A stretch of 63,081 nucleotides of DNA, filler included, from Deltaproteobacteria bacterium (GCA_030698575.1; 14 parts of 14 records of this genome joined end to end with filler, not necessarily neighbours in it), one strand, 5' to 3'; shown: positions 51,037 through 61,768, counted from the first letter of the whole stretch. A program made the numbers and translations. The notes: generated by a model not told the origin, from the letters alone.

Positions 51037-51492
51037 GAACCAAGGCGGGCGGTCGCCGTCGGGTTGACTGGGGGCGCGATCTCTCGCGCCATCCGGCGCC
51101 CGGGGGAGGAAAGTCCGAGCTCCGCAGGGCAGGGTGGTCGGTAACGCCGACCGGGGGTGACCCTAGGGAAAGTGGCACAGAAAACACACAGCCGATGGTT
51201 GCGCGGTCGCGAGGCCGCGCTTCACAGGCAATGGTGAAAACGTGCGGTAAGAGCGCACGCGCGACAGCCGGGTGACCGGCGGCGAGCTAAACCCCACCCG
51301 GAGCAAGACCGAATAGGCTGGCTTTCCGGAACGGCCGGGTAACCCCGGCACGCCGGATCGTAGGGTTGCCCGCCCGAGACCAGCGGGTAAGGTCGCTCGA
51401 GGCGGCTGGCAACGGCCGTCCTAGATGAATGATCGCTGCCCCGCACCGGGAAACCGGTGCCGGGAACAGAACTCGGCTTACAGCCCTGGTTC
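51037..51492 (+). ncRNA. rnpB: RNase P RNA (bacterial type A)
   Basis: GAGGAAAGTCCGAGCTC, GGAAAGTGGCACAGAAA, GGTAAGAGCGCAC, AAACCCCACCCGGAGCAAG, CTAGATGAATGAT and ACAGAACTCGGCTTA; the ends pair as P1. Confidence 0.95.
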
Positions 51493-51576
51493 GACACTTC
51501 GTGGCGAGGCCCGGTCCCTTCAAAGGATCGGGCCTCGTTCCGCGAACTCATTCCTCGCCAGCCCACCGGAGTCCGA

Positions 51577-52128
51577 ATGCCTTTCTCAACCGCGCTGCGT
51601 CTGGGTGCGGCCATCCTGTGCCTGTCGCTCGCCGGCTGCGCTTCGCGGGCGCTCGACATCGTCAATCCCGCCGACAGTTCCCCCCGCCTCGCCGCGCGCG
51701 TCGGCGGCGTGACCGTCACCGGAGGCGGCACGGCAACCTCCAGAGGCTGGGACCGCGGCCTCATCGTTTCGTTCACGCTGCGCAACGAGGGAAAGCAGGC
51801 GCTTCATCTCGCGCGGAAGGATCTCGTGCTGAAGCTGGGCTTCCGGCGGGTGGCCGCGCACACCCTTATCGGTTCGGAGAAGTCGGGGGCGGCCGAGGCC
51901 GTCGAGGTTCCGCCGAAGGGCAAGGTCGATTTCATCGCGCAGTTCTCGACGGCGCTGGGGATCACCAAGAAGGGGAGCATCCTGCTGCGCGTCCGCCGCG
52001 CCGGTGAGGAGAAGCGCATCGAGATCGAGGTGCCGATCGTGCTTCGAAAGCCGCCGGACCTCGAGAAAGAGCCCGCGCTGATGGATCGCGCCGGCGCTCC
52101 GCCGGACGAGGACGAGCGAGGGGGGTGA
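51577..52128 (+). CDS. Hypothetical lipoprotein
   Basis: LAGC lipobox; beta-rich body. Confidence 0.6.
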   Translation: MPFSTALRLGAAILCLSLAGCASRALDIVNPADSSPRLAARVGGVTVTGGGTATSRGWDRGLIVSFTLRNEGKQALHLARKDLVLKLGFRRVAAHTLIGSEKSGAAEAVEVPPKGKVDFIAQFSTALGITKKGSILLRVRRAGEEKRIEIEVPIVLRKPPDLEKEPALMDRAGAPPDEDERGG

Positions 52129-53057
52129 TCGTGGGAGGTCCGGACCTCATGGGCTTCGACGATCTTGCGGCCGAGCAGGTGCGAGTGAACGGCGCCGATC
52201 TCTGGGTGCGTCGCGGCGGCTCAGGGCCGCCCTGCCTCCTGCTTCACGGTTACCCCGAGACCGGCGAGACCTGGCGGCACGTTGTTCCCGCCCTCCTCCC
52301 GCACCGCACCGTCTACGTGCCCGATCACCGCGGCTGGGGCCGGTCGGCCACACCCGGCGGCGGGCCCTACACGGCGCGCGGCATGCTCGAGGATGCGGTC
52401 GCGCTCATCGAGAAGCTCAGCCTCGGGCCGCTCGATCTCGTGGGGCACGACTGGGGCGCGGGTGTGGTGCTGGGCATCATCGTCTCGCGGCCCGAACTTG
52501 TGCGCCGCGCCGTGAACCTCAACATGGGCTTCCGGCGGTTCGTGAAATCGGCTCCGCTTCACTTCTATTTCTTCGCCCTCCCCTTTCTCCCTGAACTCGC
52601 CTTTCGCTTCGCCAACGACCCCTGCGTCCGTTTTCTCTTTCGCTGGTGGGGGGCGCGGCAGGAGGCCTTTCCCGAAGAGTGGCTTCGCTTCTACGCCGAG
52701 GCGCACGGCCAGCCCGTCTCACGCAAGGCCACCATCGCCTACTACCGCAGCATCCGCCCGTTGCGCATGCGCCGTCGTGGACGCGGCGGCGCGGCAGCCG
52801 ACCGCATGAAGCGCGTGCCCGTGCCGTACCGTGTGATCTACGGGGAAGCCGATCGCGTCTCGCCGCTGCAAAACGCCAGGTGGATGATGGAGGATCTGGA
52901 AGGGGTCGACCTCGTCACGCTCCCCGGCATTGGCCACTTCCCGCAGGAAGAGGCGCCGGAGGAAACCGCGCGGCTGATCGTGGAGTTCCTAGGGGGGTCA
53001 GGCTTGACTTATTCAATTAACACCGCGCCCCGGCATAACGGAAAAAAGAGTCAATAA
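52125..53057 (+). CDS. Alpha/beta hydrolase (epoxide hydrolase-like)
   Basis: LLHGYPE, PDHRGWG.S, GHDWGA and GHFPQEEAP. Confidence 0.9.
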   Translation: MIVGGPDLMGFDDLAAEQVRVNGADLWVRRGGSGPPCLLLHGYPETGETWRHVVPALLPHRTVYVPDHRGWGRSATPGGGPYTARGMLEDAVALIEKLSLGPLDLVGHDWGAGVVLGIIVSRPELVRRAVNLNMGFRRFVKSAPLHFYFFALPFLPELAFRFANDPCVRFLFRWWGARQEAFPEEWLRFYAEAHGQPVSRKATIAYYRSIRPLRMRRRGRGGAAADRMKRVPVPYRVIYGEADRVSPLQNARWMMEDLEGVDLVTLPGIGHFPQEEAPEETARLIVEFLGGSGLTYSINTAPRHNGKKSQ

Positions 53058-53076
53058 GTAAAGCCTGACCCCGGTT
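52994..53076. repeat. Inverted-repeat pair of the REP/MITE-like element
   Basis: GGGGTCAGGCTTGACTTATT (52994-53013) and AATAAGTAAAGCCTGACCCC (53053-53072), located between convergent genes. Confidence 0.8.
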
Positions 53077-53220
53077 CTACGAACGCCTCTTCTCGATCGC
53101 CAGCAGCGCGCGCTTGCGCTTTTCGCCGTAGCGGTAGCCGCCGCTCACGCCGTCCTTGCGAATCACGCGATGGCAGGGAATGACCAGCGCCACCGGGTTG
53201 GTCGCGCAGGCGCGGGCCAC
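53077..53220 (-). CDS. Methylated-DNA-protein-cysteine methyltransferase (Ogt/Ada) C-terminus
   Basis: VARACATNPVALVIPCHRVIRKDG...GGY. Confidence 0.85.
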   Translation of the reverse strand: MARACATNPVALVIPCHRVIRKDGVSGGYRYGEKRKRALLAIEKRRS

Positions 53221-53660
53221 NNNNNNNNNNNNNNNNNNNNNNNNNNNNNNNNNNNNNNNNNNNNTTAATTAATTAANNNNNNNNNNNNNNNNNNNNNNNN
53301 NNNNNNNNNNNNNNNNNNNNTGGGGTCTGTGGGCAACGCCGCACGGCGCTGCACGGTTGCGTACCACTCAAGAAGCGTCCCACCGCCCCGGCGTCGAGCA
53401 AGCTCGACGCCATCGAAGAACATCACCGTGGTTCGGGAGCAGTTCCTCCCAGCCCACACCCGACCCGGCTCCCTCTTTGTGTTCTGAGATGAGAGCCGTG
53501 CGCGCCACCACACTTCCACACGACTTCCCTGCGCGACACAGGACGATACTCTCATCTCGAAGCTCGCTGCTCTGGAGTGTCTGTAAGGCAAGAGCGGTGC
53601 CACAGACGCAGCCGAGCCGACGTGTGCGGGTAACCACTTACTGTTGCAGTGTTTCGCGGG

Positions 53661-55313
53661 CTACGAAGGGAATGTCGGGGGTGCCGGGCACGCGCCCGCG
53701 TGTAATCGCGGGTTCACACATCGCGCCCGGAATGGAGACGGCGTTGACAGCTGCTCGTTGGATCGTGGCTCGGTGACGATCATCTCGCTGCCTTTGCTGC
53801 GAACGTAATTGACGAAGACGCGGACGATCCGCGGATCAAACTGGGTGCCCGCCGCGCCTTCGAGACGCCGCGCGGCCTCGTCGACGGAAAGGGCCTTGCG
53901 GTAGGAGCGGTCGGTGGTCATGGCGTCGAAGCTGTCGGCGACGGTGATGATGCGCGCGCCCAATGGGATGGCCTCGCCCTTTATTCCGTCGGGGTAACCG
54001 CGGCCATCCCAGCTCTCGTGGTGGTGTTTCACGATCTCGGCCACACCGGAGAGAAATTCCATTTTCTCGACGACGCGCGCGCCGACGACGGGGTGCTCTT
54101 GGAGGAGCTTCCATTCGTCTTCGTCGAGCTTGCCTTTCGTGTGGAGGACGTTCTCGAGCACACCGACTTTACCAATATCGTGGAGCAGCGCGCCGAACAT
54201 GACGCGACGACGGTGTTCCTCCTCCAGTTTCAGCCGCGCGGCGATGGCGTTCGCGTAGGAGGCGACGCGCTCGGTGTGCCCGCGCGTGTACGTGTCTTTG
54301 GCCTCGATGATGGAGATCAGCGACCTGAGGGTGGACACGTATGTGATCTGGAGCTGCTTGAACATGCGCGCATTTTCCAGACCGATGCCGGCGGAGTTGG
54401 CGACGTACATCATCATGTCGAGGTCGTAGTCGTTGTACTCTTCGGACGTGATCTTGGGCCCGGTGAAAATGAGCCCCTTGGTGGCGCCACGAACCTTGAT
54501 GGGCGTCACATATTCGAAGACCGCCAACCGCAGGTCGGGAAGCAGACGCGTCCATCGGCGGTCGGGGTTGCGCGCGATCTTGCGCGGGCGCTGGTCCACT
54601 TCGAGGAGCGAGACGAACCGGCCCTGACGCTCGATATCCACGCCCGTAAACTTCTCGCGGTTGAAGCCCTTGACCCCGAGCAGGCTGAATTTCCTGCTGT
54701 TCTCGCGCTCGAGCGCAAACATCGCCATGCTCGAAACCTGGAGCTCGCCGAGGAGCGTGAGCGACACGACGTTTACCAGCTCCGTCGCGTCGAGCAGGCG
54801 GTTGATGTCCTGGGACACGGAGAACAAGGTGCGCATGGACAGAAGCTGGCGCTTGATCTCCTTGTTCATCTTGGACTGATCTTCGCGGCGGCGGGAGAGC
54901 TGGGTCTGGAGCGAGCTGCTCTTGTCGCGCAGCGCGCGCGTGCGCGTGCTTCGGGCCAGTATCTTCTCGACCTTGGAGTTGAGTTCGCGCAGCGAGACGG
55001 GCTTGACCAGGTACTCCTCCGCGCCCTGCTCGAGCCCCTCGACGCGCATATCGACGTCGCCATTGGCCGACAGGAACACGACGGGAACGTCCGATCCGCC
55101 GTGGGCGCGGAACTCCTTGAGGACATCGAACCCGGTCATATCGGGCAGGGCCATGTCGAGGATGACAAGCTGGGGCGTGCTGTGCTGGTAGGTCTCCAAG
55201 GCCTCGCGGCCGCTTATGGCCTGCCGCACGTGGTAGCCGTTGCGGTGGAGGGACTCGGAGAGTATCTCCAGAACCCTCGTGTCGTCGTCGACGACCAGGA
55301 TTTCAGCTGTCAT
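53661..55313 (-). CDS. Response regulator: REC + GAF-like + HD-GYP c-di-GMP phosphodiesterase
   Basis: ILVVDDD, LVILD, YLVKP; YTRGHTERV, LLHDIGK, HHHESWDGRGYP and VADSFDAM. Confidence 0.9.
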   Translation of the reverse strand: MTAEILVVDDDTRVLEILSESLHRNGYHVRQAISGREALETYQHSTPQLVILDMALPDMTGFDVLKEFRAHGGSDVPVVFLSANGDVDMRVEGLEQGAEEYLVKPVSLRELNSKVEKILARSTRTRALRDKSSSLQTQLSRRREDQSKMNKEIKRQLLSMRTLFSVSQDINRLLDATELVNVVSLTLLGELQVSSMAMFALERENSRKFSLLGVKGFNREKFTGVDIERQGRFVSLLEVDQRPRKIARNPDRRWTRLLPDLRLAVFEYVTPIKVRGATKGLIFTGPKITSEEYNDYDLDMMMYVANSAGIGLENARMFKQLQITYVSTLRSLISIIEAKDTYTRGHTERVASYANAIAARLKLEEEHRRRVMFGALLHDIGKVGVLENVLHTKGKLDEDEWKLLQEHPVVGARVVEKMEFLSGVAEIVKHHHESWDGRGYPDGIKGEAIPLGARIITVADSFDAMTTDRSYRKALSVDEAARRLEGAAGTQFDPRIVRVFVNYVRSKGSEMIVTEPRSNEQLSTPSPFRARCVNPRLHAGACPAPPTFPS

Positions 55314-55324
55314 GAGACTCGGTC

Positions 55325-57172
55325 CTATACACTGAAGAGTTCGAATCTCTTGTTGGCCACGGTCTCGCCCGAGCGAATTTCATCTTCCACGAGATCGATG
55401 AACTGCTTGACCACGTCGGGGTCGTAGCGCATTCCCCAGTTCTCTCGGAGCGCGTTGAGCGCTTCCTCCTGGGTCAACGCGGGGCGCGTCGGCCGAAGCT
55501 GCAGCATGGCCGCGTAGCTCTCTACCACCGATACGATGCGCGCACCGAGCGGGATGGCCTGACCCTGAACTTCGCGCGGGTAGCCCTCTCCGTTGAACCG
55601 CTCGTGGTGGCACAGGACGACGTTGACGGCGTGGTCGGAGAAGTTCATCTTACGCAGCATGTCGGCGCCGTCGCTCGGGTGATGCTTGATGACCTCCCAT
55701 TCTTCCGGCATGAGCTCGCGCGGGCTACGCACGATGAGATCGCTCACCTTGATCATGCCGATGTCACGCAGCACGGTGCCGTACATGCAGTCGCGCAGGT
55801 GTTCCTCGGGGTAGTGGATCTTCTTCGCCAGCGCGTACACATAGTTGGAGACCAGCTTGGTGTTGCCGCGCCCCAGCGTGTTTTCCTCGATCAGGGAGAT
55901 CAGCGTGCGTACCACGCCCAGCGTGCGCTCGTTTTCTTCCTCTACGCGCGCGGTGCTCTCGTAGGCGATGGCGGCCTGGTTGACGAGAATTCTCAGGAAG
56001 TCGATGGTACTCGGGTCGAGTTCGTTGCGGATCGGCGGTCCGAGCAATACGATGCCTCGGAAGGTGCCGTGGACGATGAATGGCGCCACGTGGTGACAAC
56101 CGACCAGCATCAACGCCGCCTTGGCCTCGGCGTCGAATGGAGCGTCCTCCAGCGCCAGCACGGCGCGCGTCGGGAGCCATTCGTCGAGTCCCAGTCTCCC
56201 CTCCTCGAGGGCGAGGCCTCGGATCTCCTCGGGATCGACACCCTTCATCGCAGCGGGGTAGAAGTAGCCCTGGCTGCGCTGTAGAAACACCGCGCTCTCG
56301 ACGCCCACCTGGGCGATGGTCGTGAGCAAGAACGCGTCGAGCAGGCCCTTGCGGTCGTGCATGCGGGCGAAATCGTTGTTGATCGAAAGCAGCGTGTTGT
56401 ACTGGACTACCCGGCGCTTGAGCTCCCGTGACTTTGCGTCGTCCCCGGGCTCCGTGCTGGGCGCAGCAGGCGGCGGCACCTCCGCGCGTTCCGGCGCGGG
56501 GGCGGCCTCCGCTTCCACATGGGGCTTGGGAGAGGGCGCCGAGGCCGGCGTGGGGCTGGTGTCCGCGGTGCCCTCGCCCGCCATCCCGAGGACGTCCTCG
56601 AGCACTTCCTCGCTGATAAGGGCCTCGTCGGACTCCATGTCTACTTCGACGGTCGGGCGCGGTGCCTTCGGTGGATCCACGGGTGCGGCGGCCGCCGGCG
56701 CTCCATTCGGGTGCACCAACTCATCGTCGGGCGCTGGGGCGGGGTGCGACGATCCGTCCTCGGCGGTGGATTCATCCGGTACCACGACTTCGTCCGGCTC
56801 GACGACCTCGCTCGCTGCGGCGACGCTCGCAAGCACGCCGGCTATGGCGGCCTCGACGGAGTCCGCGGTCACGATACCGGTATTTTGATCCGTGTCCTGA
56901 AGGAACTTGAGGACGGTCTTCTTGGCGGCGGCGACGCCTATGCGGACGCCGCCTGCAGCCGCTTCGTTCCGGATGATGGTAGCGCATCCGCCGCCGAGCG
57001 ACGTGAGGCGTTCAACATCCAGAACGACGTGGCTTATGTTCCTCTTCCTGCATTCGCCAAAAAGTTTCTCAAGCGTTTCTTTCTCGTGAAATCCGAGAGT
57101 TCCGGATATCTTGAAAACCATTACATCCGGGGAGGACGCAGGAGACTTTTCAATGATTGTCTTCGGCGGCAT
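55325..57172 (-). CDS. STAS + Pro/acidic linker + GAF-like + degenerate HD-GYP protein
   Basis: N-terminal ISGTL...VVLDVERLTSLGGG; HD replaced by RD (VLRDIG), HHERFNGEGYP retained, VESY in place of ADxF. Confidence 0.8.
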   Translation of the reverse strand: MPPKTIIEKSPASSPDVMVFKISGTLGFHEKETLEKLFGECRKRNISHVVLDVERLTSLGGGCATIIRNEAAAGGVRIGVAAAKKTVLKFLQDTDQNTGIVTADSVEAAIAGVLASVAAASEVVEPDEVVVPDESTAEDGSSHPAPAPDDELVHPNGAPAAAAPVDPPKAPRPTVEVDMESDEALISEEVLEDVLGMAGEGTADTSPTPASAPSPKPHVEAEAAPAPERAEVPPPAAPSTEPGDDAKSRELKRRVVQYNTLLSINNDFARMHDRKGLLDAFLLTTIAQVGVESAVFLQRSQGYFYPAAMKGVDPEEIRGLALEEGRLGLDEWLPTRAVLALEDAPFDAEAKAALMLVGCHHVAPFIVHGTFRGIVLLGPPIRNELDPSTIDFLRILVNQAAIAYESTARVEEENERTLGVVRTLISLIEENTLGRGNTKLVSNYVYALAKKIHYPEEHLRDCMYGTVLRDIGMIKVSDLIVRSPRELMPEEWEVIKHHPSDGADMLRKMNFSDHAVNVVLCHHERFNGEGYPREVQGQAIPLGARIVSVVESYAAMLQLRPTRPALTQEEALNALRENWGMRYDPDVVKQFIDLVEDEIRSGETVANKRFELFSV

Positions 57173-57234
57173 TAAGATCCCCCACGAACGCTAAGAACAC
57201 AACAGAATGCTGACAGGAGAGCATCAGCCGACGA

Positions 57235-57459
57235 TTAAATCACCTCTTGCGAGAGCCACTTATCCAACACGCTCTTGAGGAATCTCCACTCACTGCCGAC
57301 TTTCTTCGCGGGAATCTTCTTCTCCTTCGCGAGGCGGCATACGGTCTTGACGTGCATCTTCAGATACTCCGCGGCTTCGATGGACGTCATCACGACGTCC
57401 TGGTCGTCGGGTCCGCCGATCACGATGTTCGAATAGTCGGTGTCTCTCCACTTGCTCAT
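57235..57459 (-). CDS. Excisionase-like helix-turn-helix (HTH_17) protein
   Basis: MTSIEAAEYLKMH.KTV.RLA....IPA.KVG.EWRF....LDKWL. Confidence 0.85.
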   Translation of the reverse strand: MSKWRDTDYSNIVIGGPDDQDVVMTSIEAAEYLKMHVKTVCRLAKEKKIPAKKVGSEWRFLKSVLDKWLSQEVI

Positions 57460-57517
57460 GTTGCGCCATCCTTTATCTTGACGGATTTGCTTGAGTTCCC
57501 ACCCTGCTGCGAGACTA

Positions 57518-57533
57518 AGCACGAAGCATACCA
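57518..57533 (-). promoter_or_regulatory. Candidate sigma54 promoter for the HTH/STAS/HD-GYP genes
   Basis: Minus strand TGGTATG-CTTC-GTGCT has correct GG/GC spacing, with an AT-rich IHF-like tract just upstream (57534-57570). Confidence 0.4.
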
Positions 57534-57663
57534 ATGCTAACTTGCTTTATTTACAACGATTTAAGTTGTTCCGGTGCCGCTTTTTGCGCCCGGCACGAAG
57601 GCACTTTGCACCATCACGATCCTCGGTGCGCCGTCACTGTCGTTTCCGCGAAACCTCGGAGGT

Positions 57664-58450
57664 TTAGGGAATGACCCCCTCGCCGAGATACGTGTTGACT
57701 GCAGTTGTGACCTGGGCCGGATCGAGCGGCTTGCTCAGATAACCCGAGACGCCGAGCTTCTCGACCAGCAGGTCCGCGGTGTTCCCCGTCTGCGACGTAG
57801 TCACGAGCACGGGGGTCCTCTTGCCCCTTCGATTGAGCGCGTCCACCACCTGTTTCGCGGCCATGGTGGGCATCCTGAACTCGCTAATGATCAAGCGCGG
57901 TTCCCGCGATTCGATCAGATCGATGGCCTCGTCAATGTCACGAACGCACGTGGCCCGCACGTGTCGATCGCTTAGAATCGTCGAGAGTGCGTCCCGCATG
58001 GACTCGCTCTGCTCGACTACCAACACATCCACTCCGTTCTCCCCTTTATCCTCAGAATAGGAATCTGGAGGAGCCGGAACGTCCACCCTGGACGCTGCCT
58101 GATGCGGAGTTTGTAATTCCGTCTCATCCTGTACTCCCCCAGAAACAGTCTCCGTGTTCATCGTGCCGGTGGCGGCGTGGTATGCCTCGACGACGTGATC
58201 GGCGTCGAGAAGCGGCAGCCGCCGCCCGTCCAGGCGCACGACCTGCGACGGCGCGCCGTGCCAGGCGGGCACGGCGTCGTGGGACACGTGAGCTTCTTTT
58301 GCCGCTCCCGGGCCGGGAGCGAAGAATGCGATTCGTTTTTCCACCGAACCGATAACAACGATGGTGTCCCCACCGGTCGGGGCCTCGTTGTAGAGTCCGT
58401 CCAGACGGAACAGCGCCACGCGCCCGCCGTCGACCTCGACGTGCTGCCCG
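57664..58450 (-). CDS. C-terminus of a CheA-like/chemosensory protein (CheW-like + atypical REC); 5' truncated
   Basis: LDGRRLPLLD; REC domain VLVVEQS...LIISEFRMP...YLSKP with Glu at the phospho-Asp position. Confidence 0.6.
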
Positions 58451-58832
58451 NNNNNNNNNNNNNNNNNNNNNNNNNNNNNNNNNNNNNNNNNNNNTTAATT
58501 AATTAANNNNNNNNNNNNNNNNNNNNNNNNNNNNNNNNNNNNNNNNNNNNAGCCCGCCATCCGGGGGCTCCAGCGGGTCTCCCCGAACGAGAGCCCGCGG
58601 CTCGTCACCGAGATCCGGAAAACCTTCGGGCTCGAAGCGCCCGACGGCTGCCCCCTCGACGAGCAAGTGGGCCTTCAGGTGCGCCTGAGCACGGTCACGG
58701 GCGGGTGCCCGCAGATTTCAGCCACCGCGAACGGCGTGCGCCTCCCGGAGCGGCAGCGCGCCTAGCGCGCCCCGTTCCTGATTTTCGATCTTCCCTCACC
58801 ACCGCACCCGGAACTGCCCCCGAAAGTATCCA

Positions 58833-60659
58833 CTACCCTCCCGGCAGATAGTCCATCCCGCGCGTCATTTCCGTACCGTGGCAGGAGAGCAGGCAATAGG
58901 CCCCGCCGTTGTCACCACCCCCCGACCGCCAGATGGTCTGCGCGTTGGGCGGGACGGGGCGCACGTTCGGCGCGAAATTGATGAGGTGCGGCGCGTTCGG
59001 CGGGTCGGTGTTGACCGCGCCCATGGTGCTGTGAACGTTGTAGTGGCACTCGTGGCAGCTCGCGTGCGTCTTGCCCGCCAGGTGGAGGGCATGGAGGTTG
59101 TCGCGCAGGTCCTTGGCGTCGGGACCGAAGTTCGTCGCGGTCGTGTCGGTCGCGGCCGTCAGACTGCGGACGTCGTGGCAGAGAAAGCAGAGCTCGAAGT
59201 TCGATTCGTTGAACACGTTGAAGGGCGCCTGGTTCAAGGTTCCGATGCGCGTGCTGTAGGCCGCGCGCAGGAGGCGCTCGTTGACGGACCCGTGAGGCCC
59301 CTTCGGACCGCTCGGGGAGCGCTCGGCGGGGCCCTGGGTGTCCGCGGTGACCTCGTTGTTGTGGCAGTCGGTGCACTTTATGCGCGAACTGGTTGTCAGA
59401 CCGCTGCCCGATCGCGAAAGTTGCGTGCCGAGCCGAATGCTGCGGTTCCTGCCGATCTCGGCCACCGGGTGGAAGGAGCCCACCGCGGGAGAAAACTCGA
59501 GCCGTTTGTTGCTGGCGCCGGGCGGCCTGATCGGGGCCGGGGGGAGAAATTGCTGGAAGGTATCGCCGTGGCAGCGGAGGCAGATCTCGTACTCCTCGAC
59601 GGGGGCGCCCGAGACGTGCTGTGAAACCGAGCCATCGATATTGATCCCCGCGGCGCCCTCGAGGACGTCACCCCGCCGGGCGCGATGGGGGTCGTGGCAG
59701 TCGCCGCACTCCACGTGCTCCCGGTCCAGCAGCACCGGCTCGGCGGGAACAACGGTGGTCACCGGTTCATGATCGCCGGTGACCAGGTCGAACGGGTGCC
59801 GCCAGGGCTTCAGAGCCTCGCTCTCAATGTCCGAGGCAACCCCCAGGGGCGCGGGCCCATGACATGCGTAGCAGACTTGCTCTTCCATCTCCGACGTGAG
59901 CAGGCGCTTGGAGCCGGGCGCGCCGTGAACATCGTGGCAACCCATGCACGAGAGGTCCGACACCCTCGTCCCGGCGCCGGTCGCCGGGTAGAGCACCGAG
60001 GAGGCTTCGTGCGCGCTGCCGGGCCATCCGATCTTCACGTGACAGGTGAGGCAGAGCTCTCCGTTATCCAGCTCACGCACGAGAAACTTGGGATTCTCGA
60101 ACGAGTGCGCGTTGTGGCAGGAGCTGCACTGCATCTTTCCGTTGCTGTCGAGCAGGACGTGACTTCCTTCAGGCGGCAGCCGCGTCTCGGGGTCGCTGCC
60201 CGGATCAGGAATGAAGGAGATGGGGTGATCATCCGCCAGGTCGGTCGTGAGATTTGATTCCCCGGGAGGCAGGCCTCCTCCCATGGCAAGCCCCGTCATC
60301 GGGATGGATCCACGCGTAGCGGTCAGGCCCACCGCCACGGTGCCGTCGTGGCAACCCAGACACAGTTTCGACGATCCATCGGGCTGGCCCACGGCGGCGT
60401 CCATCGTCGAGGTCTCGTAGGTGAGGTACGTACCGGCGGCGGAAGGCGTGTGATTCCAGAGGGGGGTCTGGGGCGCCGCGTTGTGGGGCGCGTGGCAGAA
60501 GATGCAGACCTCGTCCTCCGACGCGGCGCGAACGGGACCGGGGCCCGACACCGACAGATTATGCTTGGTCCGGCTTATGTCCTCGGGCGCCGCCGAAACG
60601 ATGGGCGCCACGGCAAGGGCCACGCAGACGACGAACAATCTGACAATCAATCGCCTCAC
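58833..60659 (-). CDS. Periplasmic multiheme cytochrome c (about 12 hemes)
   Basis: Signal peptide; 11 CxxCH (CIFCH, CLGCH, CSSCH, CLTCH, CMGCH, CYACH, CGDCH, CLRCH, CTDCH, CFLCH, CHECH) plus CLLSCH. Confidence 0.93.
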   Translation of the reverse strand: MRRLIVRLFVVCVALAVAPIVSAAPEDISRTKHNLSVSGPGPVRAASEDEVCIFCHAPHNAAPQTPLWNHTPSAAGTYLTYETSTMDAAVGQPDGSSKLCLGCHDGTVAVGLTATRGSIPMTGLAMGGGLPPGESNLTTDLADDHPISFIPDPGSDPETRLPPEGSHVLLDSNGKMQCSSCHNAHSFENPKFLVRELDNGELCLTCHVKIGWPGSAHEASSVLYPATGAGTRVSDLSCMGCHDVHGAPGSKRLLTSEMEEQVCYACHGPAPLGVASDIESEALKPWRHPFDLVTGDHEPVTTVVPAEPVLLDREHVECGDCHDPHRARRGDVLEGAAGINIDGSVSQHVSGAPVEEYEICLRCHGDTFQQFLPPAPIRPPGASNKRLEFSPAVGSFHPVAEIGRNRSIRLGTQLSRSGSGLTTSSRIKCTDCHNNEVTADTQGPAERSPSGPKGPHGSVNERLLRAAYSTRIGTLNQAPFNVFNESNFELCFLCHDVRSLTAATDTTATNFGPDAKDLRDNLHALHLAGKTHASCHECHYNVHSTMGAVNTDPPNAPHLINFAPNVRPVPPNAQTIWRSGGGDNGGAYCLLSCHGTEMTRGMDYLPGG

Positions 60660-61768
60660 AGGGCCGCCCCGCTCGGATCCAGAACCTGCACCCGGCCGTT
60701 GTAGGAATCAGCCACGTAGACCCGCCCGTCAGCGCCCATGGTGACGCCCGCCGGCAGCCAGAACTGGCCGGAGGATCGTCCCGGCCCACCGACCACGAGG
60801 AGCAGTTGACCGTCGGGCTGAAAGAGCTGGATGACGTCGAACATCCCGTCGGCGACCCAGACGACATTCCCCGGCCCGACGGCAATGCCCTTGGGCCGCC
60901 CCAGATTTCCGGTCCCGTCACCCGCCTTCCCGAAGGCCGACAGGAATTTGCCGTCGGCGTCGAGATGCTGCACACGGAAGTTCAGGGTGTCCACGATCCA
61001 GATTCCGCCGGACGCATCGATCGCAAGGTAGCTCGGACGGTTGAACTCTCCCGGCCCCACGCCCCGCCGTCCATAGCGGGCCAGTTCCCGGCCGCCCGCA
61101 TCGAAACGGACGATCTGATCCGCCGACGAGTCAACCACGTACAGCGAGCCATCGGGCGCCGCGGCGATCCCCGCGGGCCGCTTGAGGACGCCCTCACCCC
61201 AGACGCCCTCCGCCTTGCCTTCGGCCGAATAGATCACGATGAGATTGAGCGTTGAATCCGATACCTGGAGCCGCCCCGCCCGATCAACGGCAACACCGAC
61301 AGGGCTCTGCAAGGAACGCCCGCCGGGGACGTCGCGAATCTGGCGGTAGCGGCCCAGCCGCTCGTCAATTACGTGGACGCAACCGGCCCCCGGATCGGCG
61401 ACAAAAATTCTCCCCCCGGCGTCCACCGCCACGTCCATGGGCTTGGCGAAGCGCTCGTCCTCCGACTGCCCCGCAAGGATCTTCAGCAGCCGCGACCACC
61501 AGGAACGCCCGATCTTCTTGTTGACGAAACGCTCGCCGACGATGGAGGTCACGTATCGTACCCGTGGAGGATCAGGGGGCATCGGCCAGACAATTTCGAC
61601 CAGCGGCTCGGCGGATCTCGCTTCGGGCTGCGACGCGCAGGCTGCAAGACAAACCGCCAGCACAACGGACAGGGTCCCGGCCAGGACGGAGGAACCGCCG
61701 CGCGCGGGCGGGGGAGCGCGCCGCGCTGAGACAACGGGCGCGTCCTGGCCCATCAGCGGATTCTCCAT
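60656..61768 (-). CDS. NHL-repeat beta-propeller lipoprotein
   Basis: LAAC lipobox, WP.PP.PPR..Y, and repeated P.GVAVD..G..YV.D. Confidence 0.9.
   Translation of the reverse strand: MENPLMGQDAPVVSARRAPPPARGGSSVLAGTLSVVLAVCLAACASQPEARSAEPLVEIVWPMPPDPPRVRYVTSIVGERFVNKKIGRSWWSRLLKILAGQSEDERFAKPMDVAVDAGGRIFVADPGAGCVHVIDERLGRYRQIRDVPGGRSLQSPVGVAVDRAGRLQVSDSTLNLIVIYSAEGKAEGVWGEGVLKRPAGIAAAPDGSLYVVDSSADQIVRFDAGGRELARYGRRGVGPGEFNRPSYLAIDASGGIWIVDTLNFRVQHLDADGKFLSAFGKAGDGTGNLGRPKGIAVGPGNVVWVADGMFDVIQLFQPDGQLLLVVGGPGRSSGQFWLPAGVTMGADGRVYVADSYNGRVQVLDPSGAAL

Noticed and set aside
51222-51576. ORFs overlapping 51037-51492
   Set aside because: This region is the RNase P RNA gene.
53321-53660. Short ORFs at the contig start (and the open frame at 58553-58765)
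   Set aside because: No recognisable motif and truncated by gaps, so no product call can be supported.
4234-58550. Recurring TTAATTAATTAA flanked by Ns as a biological repeat or CRISPR-like array
   Set aside because: Identical 100-bp all-frame-stop scaffolding linker between contigs; an artefact.
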